Below are positions 9,327 to 19,765 of a stretch of DNA of 64,000 bases, in pieces. A program made the translations under genes and the position numbers. The DNA comes from an uncultured Alphaproteobacteria bacterium (GTDB lineage Bacteria; Pseudomonadota; Alphaproteobacteria; Sphingomonadales; Sphingomonadaceae). Location: assembly GCA_963811255.1 (NCBI GenBank), contig CAWEQI010000005.1:8893-72892 (forward strand), given 5' to 3'. Numbering within the stretch: position 1 is the first letter of the stretch; the number at the start of each line of letters is the position of its first letter. Under the pieces are notes generated by a model, which was not told where the DNA came from, made no database searches, and saw nothing but the letters and a program-made list of their open reading frames with translations.

Positions 9327-10835
9327 ATGGCCGACGAAGCGCTCCTCCTCCGCCCCGAGACGAAACCCGATTCGTCGGGCCGCGTACTGCCCGCGAATCT
9401 CGAAGCCGAGGCGGCGTTCCTCGGCGCGGCGCTGATCGACAACCGGCTCATCGAAGAACTGACGGTGGCGTTGCGCCCCGAGCACTTCTTCGATCCGCTG
9501 CACCAGCGGCTCTACGAGCGCATCCTCACCCTGCTCGACAAGCAGATGGTTGTCACGCCGGTCACCCTGAAGCCCTACTTCGAGGCCGACGAGGCCCTCA
9601 AGGAGCTTGGCGGCACCAGCTATCTTGCCCGTCTCACCGCCGACGGCCAGGGCCTGCTCGCCCCGCGCGAGCTGGCCCAGCAGATCTACGATCTCGCCCT
9701 CTTGCGCGAGTTGGTCAGCGTCGGCCGCGAACTGGTCGAAAATGCGCTCGACACCTCGGAAGAGGTCGAACCGATGCACCAGATCGAACAGGCCGAATCG
9801 CGCCTGTTCGAGGTCGCCGAGGGCGCCACCGGCAACGCCGACGCCGAATCGTTCCGCGGCGCCACCAGCAAGGCGCTCGCCATGATCGAGACGGCGATCA
9901 ACTCGGGCGGCCACGTCTCGGGCAAGACCACCGGCTTCGCCTCGATCAACGACAAGTGCGGGGGCTTGCACAATTCCGACCTGATCATCGTCGCCGGTCG
10001 CCCCGGCATGGGCAAGTCGTCGCTCGCCACCAACATCGCCTTCAACTGCGCCGACCGCGCCTTGCGCGACAAGCGCGACGGGATCGAGAAATCGATCGGC
10101 GCCGGCGTCGCATTGTTCAGCCTCGAAATGAGTAGCGACCAGCTCGCCACCCGCATTCTCGCCGAGCAGGCCGGCATCCCCTCCGAAGCGCTGCGCATGG
10201 GCAAGATCAGCCGCGAGGATTTCCAGCAGCTCTCCTATGCCAGCCAGCGTCTTGCCGAGCTGCCGCTGTACATCGACGACACCCCGGCCCTCAGCATCGC
10301 CGCGCTGCGCACCCGCGCCCGGCGCCTCAAGCGGCGGCACGACATCGGCCTGATCGTGATCGATTACCTGCAGCTGATGCAGGGTAGCCAGCGCAGCCAG
10401 GACAACCGCGTCAACGAGATCAGCGAGATCAGCCGCGGCCTGAAGACGCTGGCAAAGGAACTTAACGTGCCGGTCATCGCGCTCAGTCAGCTCAGCCGCG
10501 CGGTCGAGCAGCGCGACGACAAGCGCCCGATGCTCTCCGACCTGCGCGAATCCGGTTCGATCGAGCAAGACGCCGACATGGTCTGGTTCATCTTCCGCGA
10601 GGACTACTACGTCGCCGCCCGCGAGCCCAAGCGCCCGATCGAGAGCGACGAACCCAAGGTCCACGAAGCCCACGCCGCCTGGGCCGCGCAGATGGAGAGC
10701 GTCTACGGCCTCGCCGAACTGATCGTCGCCAAACAACGCCACGGCGCCACCGGCAAGGTGCGGCTAAGATTCGAGCCGAAGATCACCAAGTTCTCGGACC
10801 TGGCCGAGGGCGACTACGCGGCGGATTACGATTGA
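9327..10835 (+). CDS. dnaB: replicative DNA helicase
   Basis: Walker A GRPGMGKSSLATNIA, plus IVIDYLQLM, ALSQLSR and KQRHGATG blocks. Start at MADEALL; the upstream part of the ORF is encoded by the repeat. Confidence 0.95.
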   Translation: MADEALLLRPETKPDSSGRVLPANLEAEAAFLGAALIDNRLIEELTVALRPEHFFDPLHQRLYERILTLLDKQMVVTPVTLKPYFEADEALKELGGTSYLARLTADGQGLLAPRELAQQIYDLALLRELVSVGRELVENALDTSEEVEPMHQIEQAESRLFEVAEGATGNADAESFRGATSKALAMIETAINSGGHVSGKTTGFASINDKCGGLHNSDLIIVAGRPGMGKSSLATNIAFNCADRALRDKRDGIEKSIGAGVALFSLEMSSDQLATRILAEQAGIPSEALRMGKISREDFQQLSYASQRLAELPLYIDDTPALSIAALRTRARRLKRRHDIGLIVIDYLQLMQGSQRSQDNRVNEISEISRGLKTLAKELNVPVIALSQLSRAVEQRDDKRPMLSDLRESGSIEQDADMVWFIFREDYYVAAREPKRPIESDEPKVHEAHAAWAAQMESVYGLAELIVAKQRHGATGKVRLRFEPKITKFSDLAEGDYAADYD

Positions 10836-11551
10836 CGGGCAAGCGGCCGCCCAACCGTCCCACACTTGTCCAGACTTACTTCGTACCCGGTTCGCGCCTT
10901 GGCGACGTTCGCCCGCAAATGCGCAAGGGTCATTCCTCCGAAGGTGAGAGTGTTGCCGATGATGAACCCGGGAGTTCCTTGAAGACCGAGCATCTGCGCC
11001 TGCTTGTCGTTGCGCGCCAGAAGATCGGCGATTTCCTCCGAATGAGCCGCCTTGTCCCTCTCAAGACGTGCCCAGTCGACGCCCGCTTTCTTCGCTGCGG
11101 CCCTGATCACCGAGTCACTGAGCGGCAGCGGCGCTTCCATCAGCGCATTATGGAACGCAAGATACTTGCCCTGGTACTTGCTCGCGATCGCCGCCCGCGC
11201 CGCCGCTTCGGAAGCGGGGCCGAAGATCGGCCAGTCGCGGAAGATTACCCGGATTTTCCTGTCACTGGCGAGCAACCGCTTGAGCGGTCCTTGAGTGGCC
11301 CGGCAATAGGGGCACTGATAGTCCATGTATTCGACGATCGTGACGTCGTACTTGGCCGGTACGATCGCCGGCGCGACGGCATCCTCGGTGAAGTAGCGTC
11401 GCTGCTGCTCGATGCTCGGCTGGCTCGCGGGATCAGCCGCGGCCAACGTGCCAGTCACACAGATGCCTGCGGTCAGTGCGAGCGCGGCCGCAGTCAAAAT
11501 CAGCTTCAATCTACTACTCCTGCTGGGTATGGCGGCGCCCGCCACCCTCAT
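10826..11551 (-). CDS. DsbA-family thiol:disulfide oxidoreductase, exported
   Basis: CPYC active site inside a thioredoxin-like sequence. Hydrophobic N-terminal signal. Start uncertain. Confidence 0.8.
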   Translation of the reverse strand: MRVAGAAIPSRSSRLKLILTAAALALTAGICVTGTLAAADPASQPSIEQQRRYFTEDAVAPAIVPAKYDVTIVEYMDYQCPYCRATQGPLKRLLASDRKIRVIFRDWPIFGPASEAAARAAIASKYQGKYLAFHNALMEAPLPLSDSVIRAAAKKAGVDWARLERDKAAHSEEIADLLARNDKQAQMLGLQGTPGFIIGNTLTFGGMTLAHLRANVAKARTGYEVSLDKCGTVGRPLARQS

Positions 11552-11596
11552 CGCCTGAGTTCCGTCACCTGAGCGAGCGGTGAATGGGGCGCAGCC

Positions 11597-12334
11597 TCAA
11601 AGCTCCTGCCGCGTCGGCCGGAACAATATCTCGTTGATGTCGACGTCCTGGGGCTGGCGCATCGCGAACAGCACGCAGCGGGCGAACAAGTCCGCCGGGA
11701 TCGCCACCTCGTCGTAGAACTGCTTCATGCCCGCGGCGACGTCGGGCTCGGTGATCGAATCCGCCAGCTCCGACTGCACCGCGCCGGGCGAGATCACCGT
11801 GGTGCGGATGTTGTGCGGCTTAACTTCCATCCTCAGGCCTTCCGAGATCACCCGCACAGCGTGCTTGGTCGCGGCGTAGACGGCGGCGCCCGCTCGCACC
11901 TTGTGCCCGGCAACTGACGACACATTAATGATGTGCCCGCTCTTCTGACGGACCATGTGCGGCAACGCGGCGGCGATGCCGTAAAGCACCCCCTTGATGT
12001 TGACGTCGATCATCCGGTCCCACTCGTCGAGCTTGAGCCGCTCGAGTGGCGAGTGCGGCATCAGCCCGGCGTTGTTGAGGATCGCGTCGATCCGCCCGTG
12101 GCGCTCGACTGCGCCATCGACCAGCCGCCGCACTTGCGCGCGGTCGGTGATGTCGGTCCGCACCGCCGCGCCTTCGCCGAGCGACAGCTCGTCCGCCAGC
12201 GCGTGCAGCCGCTCCACCCGCCGCGCGCCCAGCACCAGCTTGGCGCCTTCGCGAGCGAGCGCCCGCGCCGCCGCCTCGCCCAATCCGCTGCTGGCGCCGG
12301 TGATGACGACGACTTTGCCTTCGATGGTCTGCAT
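11597..12334 (-). CDS. SDR-family oxidoreductase
   Basis: TGASSGLG cofactor motif and YAATKHAV catalytic motif. Confidence 0.9.
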   Translation of the reverse strand: MQTIEGKVVVITGASSGLGEAAARALAREGAKLVLGARRVERLHALADELSLGEGAAVRTDITDRAQVRRLVDGAVERHGRIDAILNNAGLMPHSPLERLKLDEWDRMIDVNIKGVLYGIAAALPHMVRQKSGHIINVSSVAGHKVRAGAAVYAATKHAVRVISEGLRMEVKPHNIRTTVISPGAVQSELADSITEPDVAAGMKQFYDEVAIPADLFARCVLFAMRQPQDVDINEILFRPTRQEL

Positions 12335-12521
12335 CGCAGTTCCCGCGCAACCGACCGCGGTCGCGCGGACAAGCGATCAATGGGCGGCGCTCAGCGAGGT
12401 TCCGCCGCCGCCATTTGCCAGGCGCACCAGGCGCAGGCGGCGGCAGCTCCGAGCGACGCCGAAAGAGGCGCCGCCTTGGTACTGTCTTGCGGTTTGGCCG
12501 CGGTGGGAGAAAGCTCCGCCC

Positions 12522-12674
12522 TCAATCGACCATCGCTGCCACCAGGCGGCGCAGTTCGAGGGTGGAGAGCGTGCCCGAGCGGCGCTCGCACGGGCGCTCG
12601 CCGGATTCGGCCTTCGCGCCCAGACGGAGCGAAAGCGTGGGGCGCCTGGTGGCGCCCGCAGTCAGTGTAGTCAT
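12522..12674 (-). CDS. possible small protein (50 aa), hypothetical
   Basis: AAGGA RBS 6 nt before the ATG. Strong GC3 bias. Lies downstream of infA. No family recognised. Confidence 0.3.
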   Translation of the reverse strand: MTTLTAGATRRPTLSLRLGAKAESGERPCERRSGTLSTLELRRLVAAMVD

Positions 12675-12724
12675 TGCATTCCTTGTCGCGGCCCTGGGCC
12701 GCGCTTGCATAAGTGTGGCGAGCG

Positions 12725-12988
12725 TCACCGCCTGAAGCCGGCGCGGCGCTTGGCCGGCCCCGCTCCGGGGGTTCGCTCGCGGAACACGATCCGGCCTTTG
12801 CTCAGATCGTAGGGTGTCATCTCCACGTGAACCCGGTCGCCGACCACCGAGCGGATGCGGAACTTGCGCATCTTGCCGGCGGTGTAACAGATGATCCGGT
12901 GCTGGTTGTCCAGCGTGACGCCGAAGCGTCCGTCGGGCAGGATCTCGTCGATCTGGCCTTCGAGCGTGAGGAGTTCTTCTTTCGCCAA
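12725..12988 (-). CDS. infA: translation initiation factor IF-1
   Basis: TTG start after GAAAGG. S1-fold sequence [21 protein letters not shown]...GKMRKFRIR...[16 protein letters not shown] with a short basic C-terminal tail. Confidence 0.9.
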   Translation of the reverse strand: MAKEELLTLEGQIDEILPDGRFGVTLDNQHRIICYTAGKMRKFRIRSVVGDRVHVEMTPYDLSKGRIVFRERTPGAGPAKRRAGFRR

Positions 12989-13179
12989 TGTGCGCCTTTC
13001 ATGGTTTTCGTTGCCGGGGCGTCGCCATGCGAAAGCCCCCGGCGGTGCCGAAAAAGCATGAAAGCGAAAGGATGGGGCCACTGGAAAGCGGCCGTCAATT
13101 TCCGTCGCAGGCGACGTCAGCGGCCCTCCAGATAGCGATTGCGGCGAAAATAGCAACCGCGGCGCTCGACGCCCTGCCA

Positions 13180-13929
13180 TCAGCCTTCTAGTGGCAGCAC
13201 CTGTCCCGTCACCGCGCCGCCGTCGACGACGAACTCGCTGCCAGTCGAATAAGTCGCCTCCGTCAGCAAGAAACGGACCAGGCGGGCGACTTCGTCGGGC
13301 TCTCCGAAACGGGCGATCGGCTGCGCGGCGGCGATGTCGTCGGACATGCCTTCGGTCATTGGCGTGTGAATTGGACCAGGATGGACCGAAACCACGCGAA
13401 TGCAGTTGCCGGCAAGATCGAGTGCGGCCGTCTTGGTCAGCCCGCGTACGCCCCATTTGCTGGCGACATAGGCCGGCATCGCCGCGTACCCGATCAGCCC
13501 GGCGGTCGAGGAGGTGTTGACGATCGCACCCCCGCCGGCGCGTGCCAGCGCCGGGGCGGTCGCGCGGATGCCGAGGAACATGCCGACGAGGTTCACCTCG
13601 ATCACTCGGCGGAATGCTTCGGGCGTGCAATCGACGACACTGCCGGTGCCGAGAATGCCGGCATTGTTGAACAACGCGTTGATTGAGCCGAATTCGCGCT
13701 CGGCTTCGGCAACGGCGGCGTCCCAGTCCTCGGCCTTGGTCACGTCCAGGCGGCGGAAGCGGACGCGCGGGCCGAGTTCGGCCGCGAGCGCCCGCCCGTC
13801 GTCCTCGATCACGTCCGCGATCAGAACGCGGGCGCCGCCGTCCGCCAGCAGGCGGGCCGTGGCTCCGCCGATGCCGCGGGCGCCGCCGGTGACGATTACG
13901 CGCAGGTCGTCGGGGGAAATGCCGCTCAT
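13180..13929 (-). CDS. SDR-family oxidoreductase (hydroxysteroid dehydrogenase-like)
   Basis: VTGGARGIG and YVASKWGV motifs. Start at MSGISPDD. Confidence 0.9.
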   Translation of the reverse strand: MSGISPDDLRVIVTGGARGIGGATARLLADGGARVLIADVIEDDGRALAAELGPRVRFRRLDVTKAEDWDAAVAEAEREFGSINALFNNAGILGTGSVVDCTPEAFRRVIEVNLVGMFLGIRATAPALARAGGGAIVNTSSTAGLIGYAAMPAYVASKWGVRGLTKTAALDLAGNCIRVVSVHPGPIHTPMTEGMSDDIAAAQPIARFGEPDEVARLVRFLLTEATYSTGSEFVVDGGAVTGQVLPLEG

Positions 13930-14187
13930 CGTGAATTCCTTCGGTTGTCGTGCGAAGCCGAGGGGTAACGCGGATCGCCGAGCCCCAATCATGGGGAATG
14001 ATACGGAGCCGGACGATCTCTCCGACGGATTGGCCGAACGGCTGCGCGCGAGTTCGGAATGGATGATGCGCAAGGCGCAACTGGAGCGGCGTGCGGAACA
14101 CGATTGAGGGGTGGCGTATCGTGAATGAAATGGACATCCAGATGACCGCCCGGTCTGTTCCCGCTTTCGAGGAAGCTTGCAGGCGTT

Positions 14188-15384
14188 CTACAAGCCCAGG
14201 TTGAGCCGCCGGCTGACCGTGTAGTCGACCACCGAGACCAGGAACCAGCCGAGCCACCAGCGCAGCCGGTTCCACGGCGTCGCCCACTGGCGGTAGAGCG
14301 CCGGGGTGACCTCGAGCGAGGCGGGCGCGTGATCGGCGACGAACTCGCGCATCCGCTCGGCCAGCGCCGCGTCCTCGATCTTCACCACGATCTCGAGATT
14401 GATGTACAGGCTCCGCATGTCGAAGTTGGCGCTGCCGATGTACACCGCGTCGTCGAGCACGATCAGCTTGGTGTGCAGCTTGCACGGCTGGAATTCCCAG
14501 ATCCGCGCCCGCGCCGCGAGCAACCGGCCGTACAGCGAGCGCGCCGCGGCGATGGTGGTGGTGTTGTCGGATTTGCCGGCCATCACCAGCCGCGTCTCGC
14601 CCTTGCGGGCGATCCGGCGGATGCGCCTGAGCAGGGTGAATGCCGGCGAAAAGTAGGCCATGATCAGGTCGAGCCGTTGGGCGCGGATCATGTCGCGGCT
14701 GACGCAGCGCGCCCATGAGGAGAGCCAGCGGGTCGGCCCGCCGATCAGCAGCCGTACCGGATCCGGCCCCGGGTCCCACTCGCGCACCATCCGGCGCATT
14801 CCGCGGAACTTGGCGTCGGGCTTCAGGGTCCAGGCCTTGAGCCGCTCGTACCAGTCAACCACCTTGGCAACCAGGCTTCCCTCGACGGTGAAGCCGAGAT
14901 CGTGCCAGCCGTTGTCCTGTGGCGGGGCGAAGTATTCGTCGGTCACGTTGAACCCACCGAGCATCGCGATCCGCTCGTCGGCGACGGCGATCTTCTGGTG
15001 GTTGCGGATGAGGTAGCGCACGCTCCAGTGCGGCTGGAAGCAGCAGAAGCACCCGCCCGCCTCCACCATCTCTTCGAAGAAGCCGTCCGGCGTCGTCGAG
15101 CCGAAGCCGTCGAGCAGCAGCGAGACTTCGACCCCGCGGCGGGCGGCGCGGACCAGCGCGTCGCGCACCTTCGTGCCGACCTCGTCGGGGGCGTAGACGT
15201 AGAACGCCAGGCGCAGCGACGTCTCGGCCTCGTCGATCAGCCTGAGCAGGCGCGCGAGCCGGTCCTTGCCCGCGGGGTAGAAGGTCAGGTCCTGCCCTTG
15301 CGCACTGCACGAAAAGACCGGCGGGTCGCGATATGGCGGCGGTTCGCCGGGTACCGTATCGGCGGAAGTGGCTACCCGCTCCAT
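14188..15384 (-). CDS. phospholipase D / cardiolipin synthase-like protein
   Basis: Two HKD motifs: HQKIAVAD...GGFN and HTKLIVLD...GSANFD. Confidence 0.85.
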   Translation of the reverse strand: MERVATSADTVPGEPPPYRDPPVFSCSAQGQDLTFYPAGKDRLARLLRLIDEAETSLRLAFYVYAPDEVGTKVRDALVRAARRGVEVSLLLDGFGSTTPDGFFEEMVEAGGCFCCFQPHWSVRYLIRNHQKIAVADERIAMLGGFNVTDEYFAPPQDNGWHDLGFTVEGSLVAKVVDWYERLKAWTLKPDAKFRGMRRMVREWDPGPDPVRLLIGGPTRWLSSWARCVSRDMIRAQRLDLIMAYFSPAFTLLRRIRRIARKGETRLVMAGKSDNTTTIAAARSLYGRLLAARARIWEFQPCKLHTKLIVLDDAVYIGSANFDMRSLYINLEIVVKIEDAALAERMREFVADHAPASLEVTPALYRQWATPWNRLRWWLGWFLVSVVDYTVSRRLNLGL

Positions 15385-15497
15385 CGCCGCCTCTTAGCAC
15401 GGTACGCCGGTCGCGAAACCTTGACTTCTCGCGCCTTTGTCCCTAGGTGCCGCGCTCCCCGAACAGACCCGTTCGTTTTTCATTTGCGGAGTGCCCG

Positions 15498-15842
15498 ATG
15501 GCGCGCGTCACCGTCGAAGATTGCGTCGACAAAATCCCCAACCGGTTCGACCTCGTCCTGTTTGCCGCTCAGCGCGCGCGGGAGATTTCCGGCGGCGCCG
15601 AGCTGACGATCGACCGCGACCGTGACAAGAACCCGGTCGTCGCCCTGCGCGAGATCGCCGAGGAAACCGTCCGGCCCAAGGAGCTCCACGAGTCGGTGGT
15701 CCAGGGACTTCAGCGGGTGCTGCCGGAGGACGAGGAAGACGCCGACGAGATCGGCTCCCTCAGCCAGTCGGCCGAAGCTATGCGCCTGTCGGCCGCTGCC
15801 CCGGCCCGTTCGACCTCGATCGGCGGTGATTACGAGGGCTGA
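15498..15842 (+). CDS. rpoZ: DNA-directed RNA polymerase subunit omega
   Basis: [30 protein letters not shown] is a canonical omega N-terminus. Confidence 0.9.
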   Translation: MARVTVEDCVDKIPNRFDLVLFAAQRAREISGGAELTIDRDRDKNPVVALREIAEETVRPKELHESVVQGLQRVLPEDEEDADEIGSLSQSAEAMRLSAAAPARSTSIGGDYEG

Positions 15843-15853
15843 ACCGGCCTGTG

Positions 15854-15890
15854 GATAGCCGCCTTCACCCTGTGCGGTGCGGCGGCTATC
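15854..15890 (+). terminator. 10-bp stem-loop downstream of rpoZ (possible terminator or REP)
   Basis: GATAGCCGCC (15854-15863) pairs perfectly with GGCGGCTATC (15881-15890). 17-nt loop, no T tract. Confidence 0.3.
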
Positions 15891-15930
15891 AGCCCGGCGA
15901 CCGATTCTCATCTGTTTGCCGGAGCTTAGA

Positions 15931-16167
15931 ATGGCCGAGACCACCGACGACCGCCTGCGCCTCTTGATCGAACGCGTCGAGCGCCTCGAGGAAGAAAAGA
16001 AGGGTATCGCCGACGACATCCGCGACGTCTACGCCGAGGCCAAGGCGGTCGGCTATGACACCAAGATCATGCGCCAGATCGTCCGCCTCAGGAAGATGAA
16101 GCCCGACGACAGGCGCGAAATGGAAGCCGTCCTCGACACCTACAAGGCTGCGCTCGGGCTGGGCTGA
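15931..16167 (+). CDS. DUF2312 (UPF0335) family protein
   Basis: [35 protein letters not shown] is characteristic of this alphaproteobacterial family. Confidence 0.8.
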   Translation: MAETTDDRLRLLIERVERLEEEKKGIADDIRDVYAEAKAVGYDTKIMRQIVRLRKMKPDDRREMEAVLDTYKAALGLG

Positions 16168-16268
16168 GCGGGTCGAAGCCGCCGGACTGACGGGAAACGG
16201 CGACCGCACCAGGAACGGCGCGGCGCACGGCGAATTGAATCGGCGTACCTCTCAACAGGAGCCGAGCC

Positions 16269-17159
16269 ATGGCCGACGATCCCACCGACACTCTCGAACG
16301 CACGGTCGACAAAGCCCACATCGAGCAAATCCACGAGGATTCGCTCCCCGGCCACGAATCCGCGCTCGAGCCGAAGCCGGAATGGCAGCCGCGCTATCCT
16401 GGTTCGGGACGGCTGAAAGGCAAGGTCGCGTTGGTCACCGGCGGCGACAGCGGCATCGGTCGGGCGGTCGCGGTGCTGTTTGCCCGCGAAGGCGCCAAGG
16501 TCGCCATCGCCTATCTTAGCGAACACGACGACGCGAAAAAGACCCGCGAGCTGTGCGAGGCCGAAGGGGCCGACGTGCTCCTCTCGGCCGGCGATCTCGG
16601 CGATCCGAAGCACGCCGGCGGCATGGTCGAGGCGGTGATCAAGAAGTGGGGCCGGCTCGACGTGCTGGTCAACAACGCCGGCGAGCAGCACCCGGACAAG
16701 GAGATCACCGACATCACGCCCGAGCAGCTCCAGCGCACCTTCCAGACCAACATCTTCGCGATGTTCTACCTCGTCGAAGCCGCCCGGCCGCACCTCAAGC
16801 CAGGCGCGGCGATCATCAACACCACCAGCGTGACGATGTACCACGGTTCCAAGGCGCTGCTCGACTACAGCGCCACCAAGGGCGCGATCACCGCCTTCAC
16901 CCGCTCGCTGTCGGAGAACCTGATCAAGCACGGCATTCGGGTCAACGCCGTCGCCCCGGGGCCCATCTGGACACCGCTCAACCCGTGCGGCGGGGCGGAC
17001 CCGGAGAAGGTCAAGCATTTCGGCGAGGGCACCCCGATGGGCCGCGTCGGCCAGCCCAACGAGGTGGCGCCGTCATTTCTCTTCCTGGCCTGCGAGGATT
17101 CGAGCTATATGTCGGGGCAGGTCCTGCATCCCAACGGAGGATATGTCGTCAACGGCTAG
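16269..17159 (+). CDS. SDR-family oxidoreductase (YghA / general stress protein 39-like)
   Basis: Long N-terminal leader, then VTGGDSGIG and YSATKGAI motifs. Confidence 0.9.
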   Translation: MADDPTDTLERTVDKAHIEQIHEDSLPGHESALEPKPEWQPRYPGSGRLKGKVALVTGGDSGIGRAVAVLFAREGAKVAIAYLSEHDDAKKTRELCEAEGADVLLSAGDLGDPKHAGGMVEAVIKKWGRLDVLVNNAGEQHPDKEITDITPEQLQRTFQTNIFAMFYLVEAARPHLKPGAAIINTTSVTMYHGSKALLDYSATKGAITAFTRSLSENLIKHGIRVNAVAPGPIWTPLNPCGGADPEKVKHFGEGTPMGRVGQPNEVAPSFLFLACEDSSYMSGQVLHPNGGYVVNG

Positions 17160-17174
17160 CCAGGGAACACTCGC

Positions 17175-17663
17175 CTGAGCCTGGCGGTTCGCCCAGCCGG
17201 GCCGGGCGACGCCGCGGCTTGCGCCGCGATCTACGCGCCGTTCGTGCGCGACACCTGGATCAGCTTCGAGCTCGAGCCGCCTGACGCGGCCGAGATGGCC
17301 CGGCGCATTGCCGACTATTCCGCCAGCCATGCCTGGCTGGTCGCCGAAATGGACGGCGCGTTAGCGGGCTTCGCCTACGGCTCGCCCCACCGCGAACGCG
17401 CCGCCTACGCCAGCTCGTGCGACGTCGCTGTTTATGTCGATCCCGCCCATAAGCGGCGAGGCGTCGCCCGCGCCCTTTACGGTGAGCTGCTCGCCCGCCT
17501 TGCGGAAACGTACCACGCTGCGTTCGCCGGCATCGCCCTGCCGAACGACGCCAGCATCGGCCTGCACCAGGCGATGGGCTTCACGCCCGTCGGCGTCTAT
17601 CGGGAGGTCGGCTGGAAAATGGGCGGCTGGCGCGACGTCGGCTGGTGGCAGCGCATGCTCTAG
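17175..17663 (+). CDS. GNAT N-acetyltransferase (phosphinothricin acetyltransferase-like); start codon unresolved
   Basis: GNAT core RRGVARALYGELL. The conserved N-terminal strand VRPAGPGDAAACAAIYAPFV lies upstream of the first canonical start (GTG 17244). Only CTG 17175/17181 are available, with AGGGAA 7 nt upstream of 17175. Confidence 0.65.
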   Translation: MSLAVRPAGPGDAAACAAIYAPFVRDTWISFELEPPDAAEMARRIADYSASHAWLVAEMDGALAGFAYGSPHRERAAYASSCDVAVYVDPAHKRRGVARALYGELLARLAETYHAAFAGIALPNDASIGLHQAMGFTPVGVYREVGWKMGGWRDVGWWQRML

Positions 17664-17682
17664 GAGCAGTCGATATTCAGGA

Positions 17683-18093
17683 TCAGGACGCGCATCGGAA
17701 CACCACCCGCACGCGTATCCCCCACGTCAGCAGGAAACTGGCAGCAATCGCCCCGAGCTTGGCAAGCCGCGGATCGACGCCGAACACATCGCCCAGTCCG
17801 ACCATGGCGGTCGTCAAGCCCAGGCCGGCGAGCGCGGAAATCACGAACAGCGCTTTTTGACGGGTGCGTAGCGACCCTCGCGCCGCCACGGCACCCACGA
17901 ACACGGCGCGGCTGGACAGCAGCCAGTGCGCCAGGATGCCGCAGCTGTAGCTCGCCGCCGATGCCGCCGCGGGCCATGCGCCGAGCGCCAACAAGGCGAG
18001 GAACGAGCCCATGTCCACCGCCAGCGCGCCGGCGCTGGCGATCAGGTAGCGCAGGAAGCGCACGTCTCGCAGGCGGGTGACGAGGTCGGACAC
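17683..18093 (-). CDS. GtrA-family membrane protein
   Basis: Four TM segments. RFLRYLIASAGALAVDMGSF block typical of GtrA. GTG start 13 nt after the upstream stop, with AGGA. Confidence 0.75.
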   Translation of the reverse strand: MSDLVTRLRDVRFLRYLIASAGALAVDMGSFLALLALGAWPAAASAASYSCGILAHWLLSSRAVFVGAVAARGSLRTRQKALFVISALAGLGLTTAMVGLGDVFGVDPRLAKLGAIAASFLLTWGIRVRVVFRCAS

Positions 18094-18106
18094 GCCGGGT
18101 CCGATC

Positions 18107-19696
18107 CTACGCCGCTTTGCGGCCGCCGCCGGCGACCCTCTGCGGCACCTCGCGCACCGAAGCGAGCGCCGCCGCCTGGTCTGGCGTCGGCGCCTGCATC
18201 TCGCGCGAGGGCAGCTCGGCCTCGTCGCCCTCGTCGCCGGCCTCATGGTACTCGGCGTCTTCGTTGACGCACCAGGTGTCGTAGAGCCGCTTGCCGGCGA
18301 GGATATTCTCGACCGTCAGCATCGCGGTCATCATCGCGTGATCCTGGTTGTTGTAGCGGTGCATGCCGTTGCGGCCGACCACGTGCAGCGTCGGGTGTTT
18401 TTCCTCGAGTTCGGCACGCATGCCGGCGACATTGGCGGCGTAGTCCTCGTCGTATACCGGATAGGCCTTTTCCTGGCGCACCACGGCGCCACCCATCACG
18501 TCGGCCGGGTCGCACAATCCGAGGATCGCCATTTCGCTCTTGGCCAGCGCGATCAGCTCCTCATCGGGCGCGGACCACAGGCCGTCGAACTCGAAGCAGA
18601 AGTATTCCAGGCCGACGCAGGCGACGCTGTCGTCGGGCACCATCTCCGGCGACCAACTGCGGAAGTTCTGCACCCGGCCGACCTTCACCTTGCTGTCGTG
18701 GATGTATATCCAGTTGTCGGGGAAAAGGTCGTCCGACTTGATCATCAGCGCCACGGTGAGGAAGTCGCGATACTTGAGCCGGCTCGCTTCGAGCAGGGTC
18801 GCGGGCAGCGGATGAAGCCGCGCGGCCAGCTCGCGCATCGGCGCCGAGCTGATCACATGAGCCGACCTGATCACCTTGATTCCGTCCGCGCCTGCGGCTG
18901 TCATGCGCCAGCCGCCCTTGCCATCGCTCGCCAGCTGTTCGAGCGCATGACCCATGAGCACTTGCCCGCCCGCCGCTTCTATCTTGCCGCGGGCAGCATC
19001 CCACATCATCCCCGGCCCGAGCCGCGGATAGCGGAAGGTCTCGAGCAGCGTCTTGACCGCCTGACCGTCGTTCGGCCGTTTGTTGAGCCCGAGCGAGCGC
19101 TTGAGCCCGTCCGTCACCGCACCCCACAGGCTCAAGCCCTTAATCCGCTGCGCGGCCCAGTCGGCGCTCATTGCGTCACACGGCATCCCCCACACCTTCT
19201 CGGTGTAGGTCTTGAAGAAGATCGAATAGAGCCGCTTGCCGAACTGGTTGGTGGTCCAGTCCTCGAAGCTCCTGACCTCGCGGATCGGGAACAGCTTGTA
19301 CTTGAGATAACTCGCCATGCACGCGGCCGAGCGCCACACACCGAGGTTCCTCAGCGCCTCGAACGCCCGCAGCGGATAGCTGTAGAACTTGCCCTCGTAA
19401 TAGATGCGGCTCATCCGCGGCCGCTGAATGAAATCGTCGGGCAGGATCTCGTTCCACAGGTCCACGACCTGCTGGCTCTTGGAGAAGAAGCGATGGCCGC
19501 CGATGTCGAACCGATAGCCCTCGTGCTCGACGGTGCGGCTGATCCCGCCGACGTAGGTTTCGTCCTTTTCGATGATCGCGACGGACTTGCCGGCCTTGGT
19601 CAGCAGGTAACCGGCCGTGAGGCCCGCGGGGCCGGCGCCGACGATCGCCACGTCGACCGTAATTTCCCGCTGCGCCGCCGATTTGGAAAAGTCCAT
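18107..19696 (-). CDS. NAD(P)/FAD-dependent oxidoreductase (amine oxidase / UDP-galactopyranose mutase-like)
   Basis: Dinucleotide fold [17 protein letters not shown]...IIEKD...GG. 529 aa. Coupled to the GtrA gene. Confidence 0.85.
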   Translation of the reverse strand: MDFSKSAAQREITVDVAIVGAGPAGLTAGYLLTKAGKSVAIIEKDETYVGGISRTVEHEGYRFDIGGHRFFSKSQQVVDLWNEILPDDFIQRPRMSRIYYEGKFYSYPLRAFEALRNLGVWRSAACMASYLKYKLFPIREVRSFEDWTTNQFGKRLYSIFFKTYTEKVWGMPCDAMSADWAAQRIKGLSLWGAVTDGLKRSLGLNKRPNDGQAVKTLLETFRYPRLGPGMMWDAARGKIEAAGGQVLMGHALEQLASDGKGGWRMTAAGADGIKVIRSAHVISSAPMRELAARLHPLPATLLEASRLKYRDFLTVALMIKSDDLFPDNWIYIHDSKVKVGRVQNFRSWSPEMVPDDSVACVGLEYFCFEFDGLWSAPDEELIALAKSEMAILGLCDPADVMGGAVVRQEKAYPVYDEDYAANVAGMRAELEEKHPTLHVVGRNGMHRYNNQDHAMMTAMLTVENILAGKRLYDTWCVNEDAEYHEAGDEGDEAELPSREMQAPTPDQAAALASVREVPQRVAGGGRKAA

Positions 19697-19765
19697 TCCC
19701 GCCCCCGTGATCCGATGGCCCGGGAGTGAAGGAAAATGGTTAGGACATGGTAAACCCGGGCGCCG

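Noticed and set aside
12391-12591. 66-aa minus-strand ORF downstream of infA ending in ...AAAACAWCAWQMAAAEPR.
   Set aside because: It has no RBS, overlaps the better-supported 50-aa ORF region and has low-complexity Ala/Pro composition.
12725-12790. Basic C-terminal tail on IF-1 ([17 protein letters not shown]), which is longer than the 72-aa enterobacterial protein.
   Set aside because: I recall similar short basic tails on IF-1 in related alphaproteobacteria. There is no frameshift or missing-stop signature. Treated as lineage-typical.
12725-14779. Very long ORFs such as the 684-aa ORF at 12725-14779. Similar ones lie at 2220-3290, 6200-7837, 8985-10742, 18077-19729, 26975-28603, 32178-33902, 45003-46139 and 49818-52733.
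   Set aside because: These are shadow ORFs typical of high-GC DNA. Their compositions are rich in Arg, Pro, Gly and Ala. They lie antisense to or out of frame with genes that carry clear family motifs. Only the motif-bearing portions (for example infA at the 3' end of this one) were kept.
16212-16236. GGAAC upstream of the general-stress-like SDR, examined as an EcfG-type promoter (GGAAC-N16/17-CGTT).
   Set aside because: No CGTT lies at the required spacing; the sequence there reads AATT.
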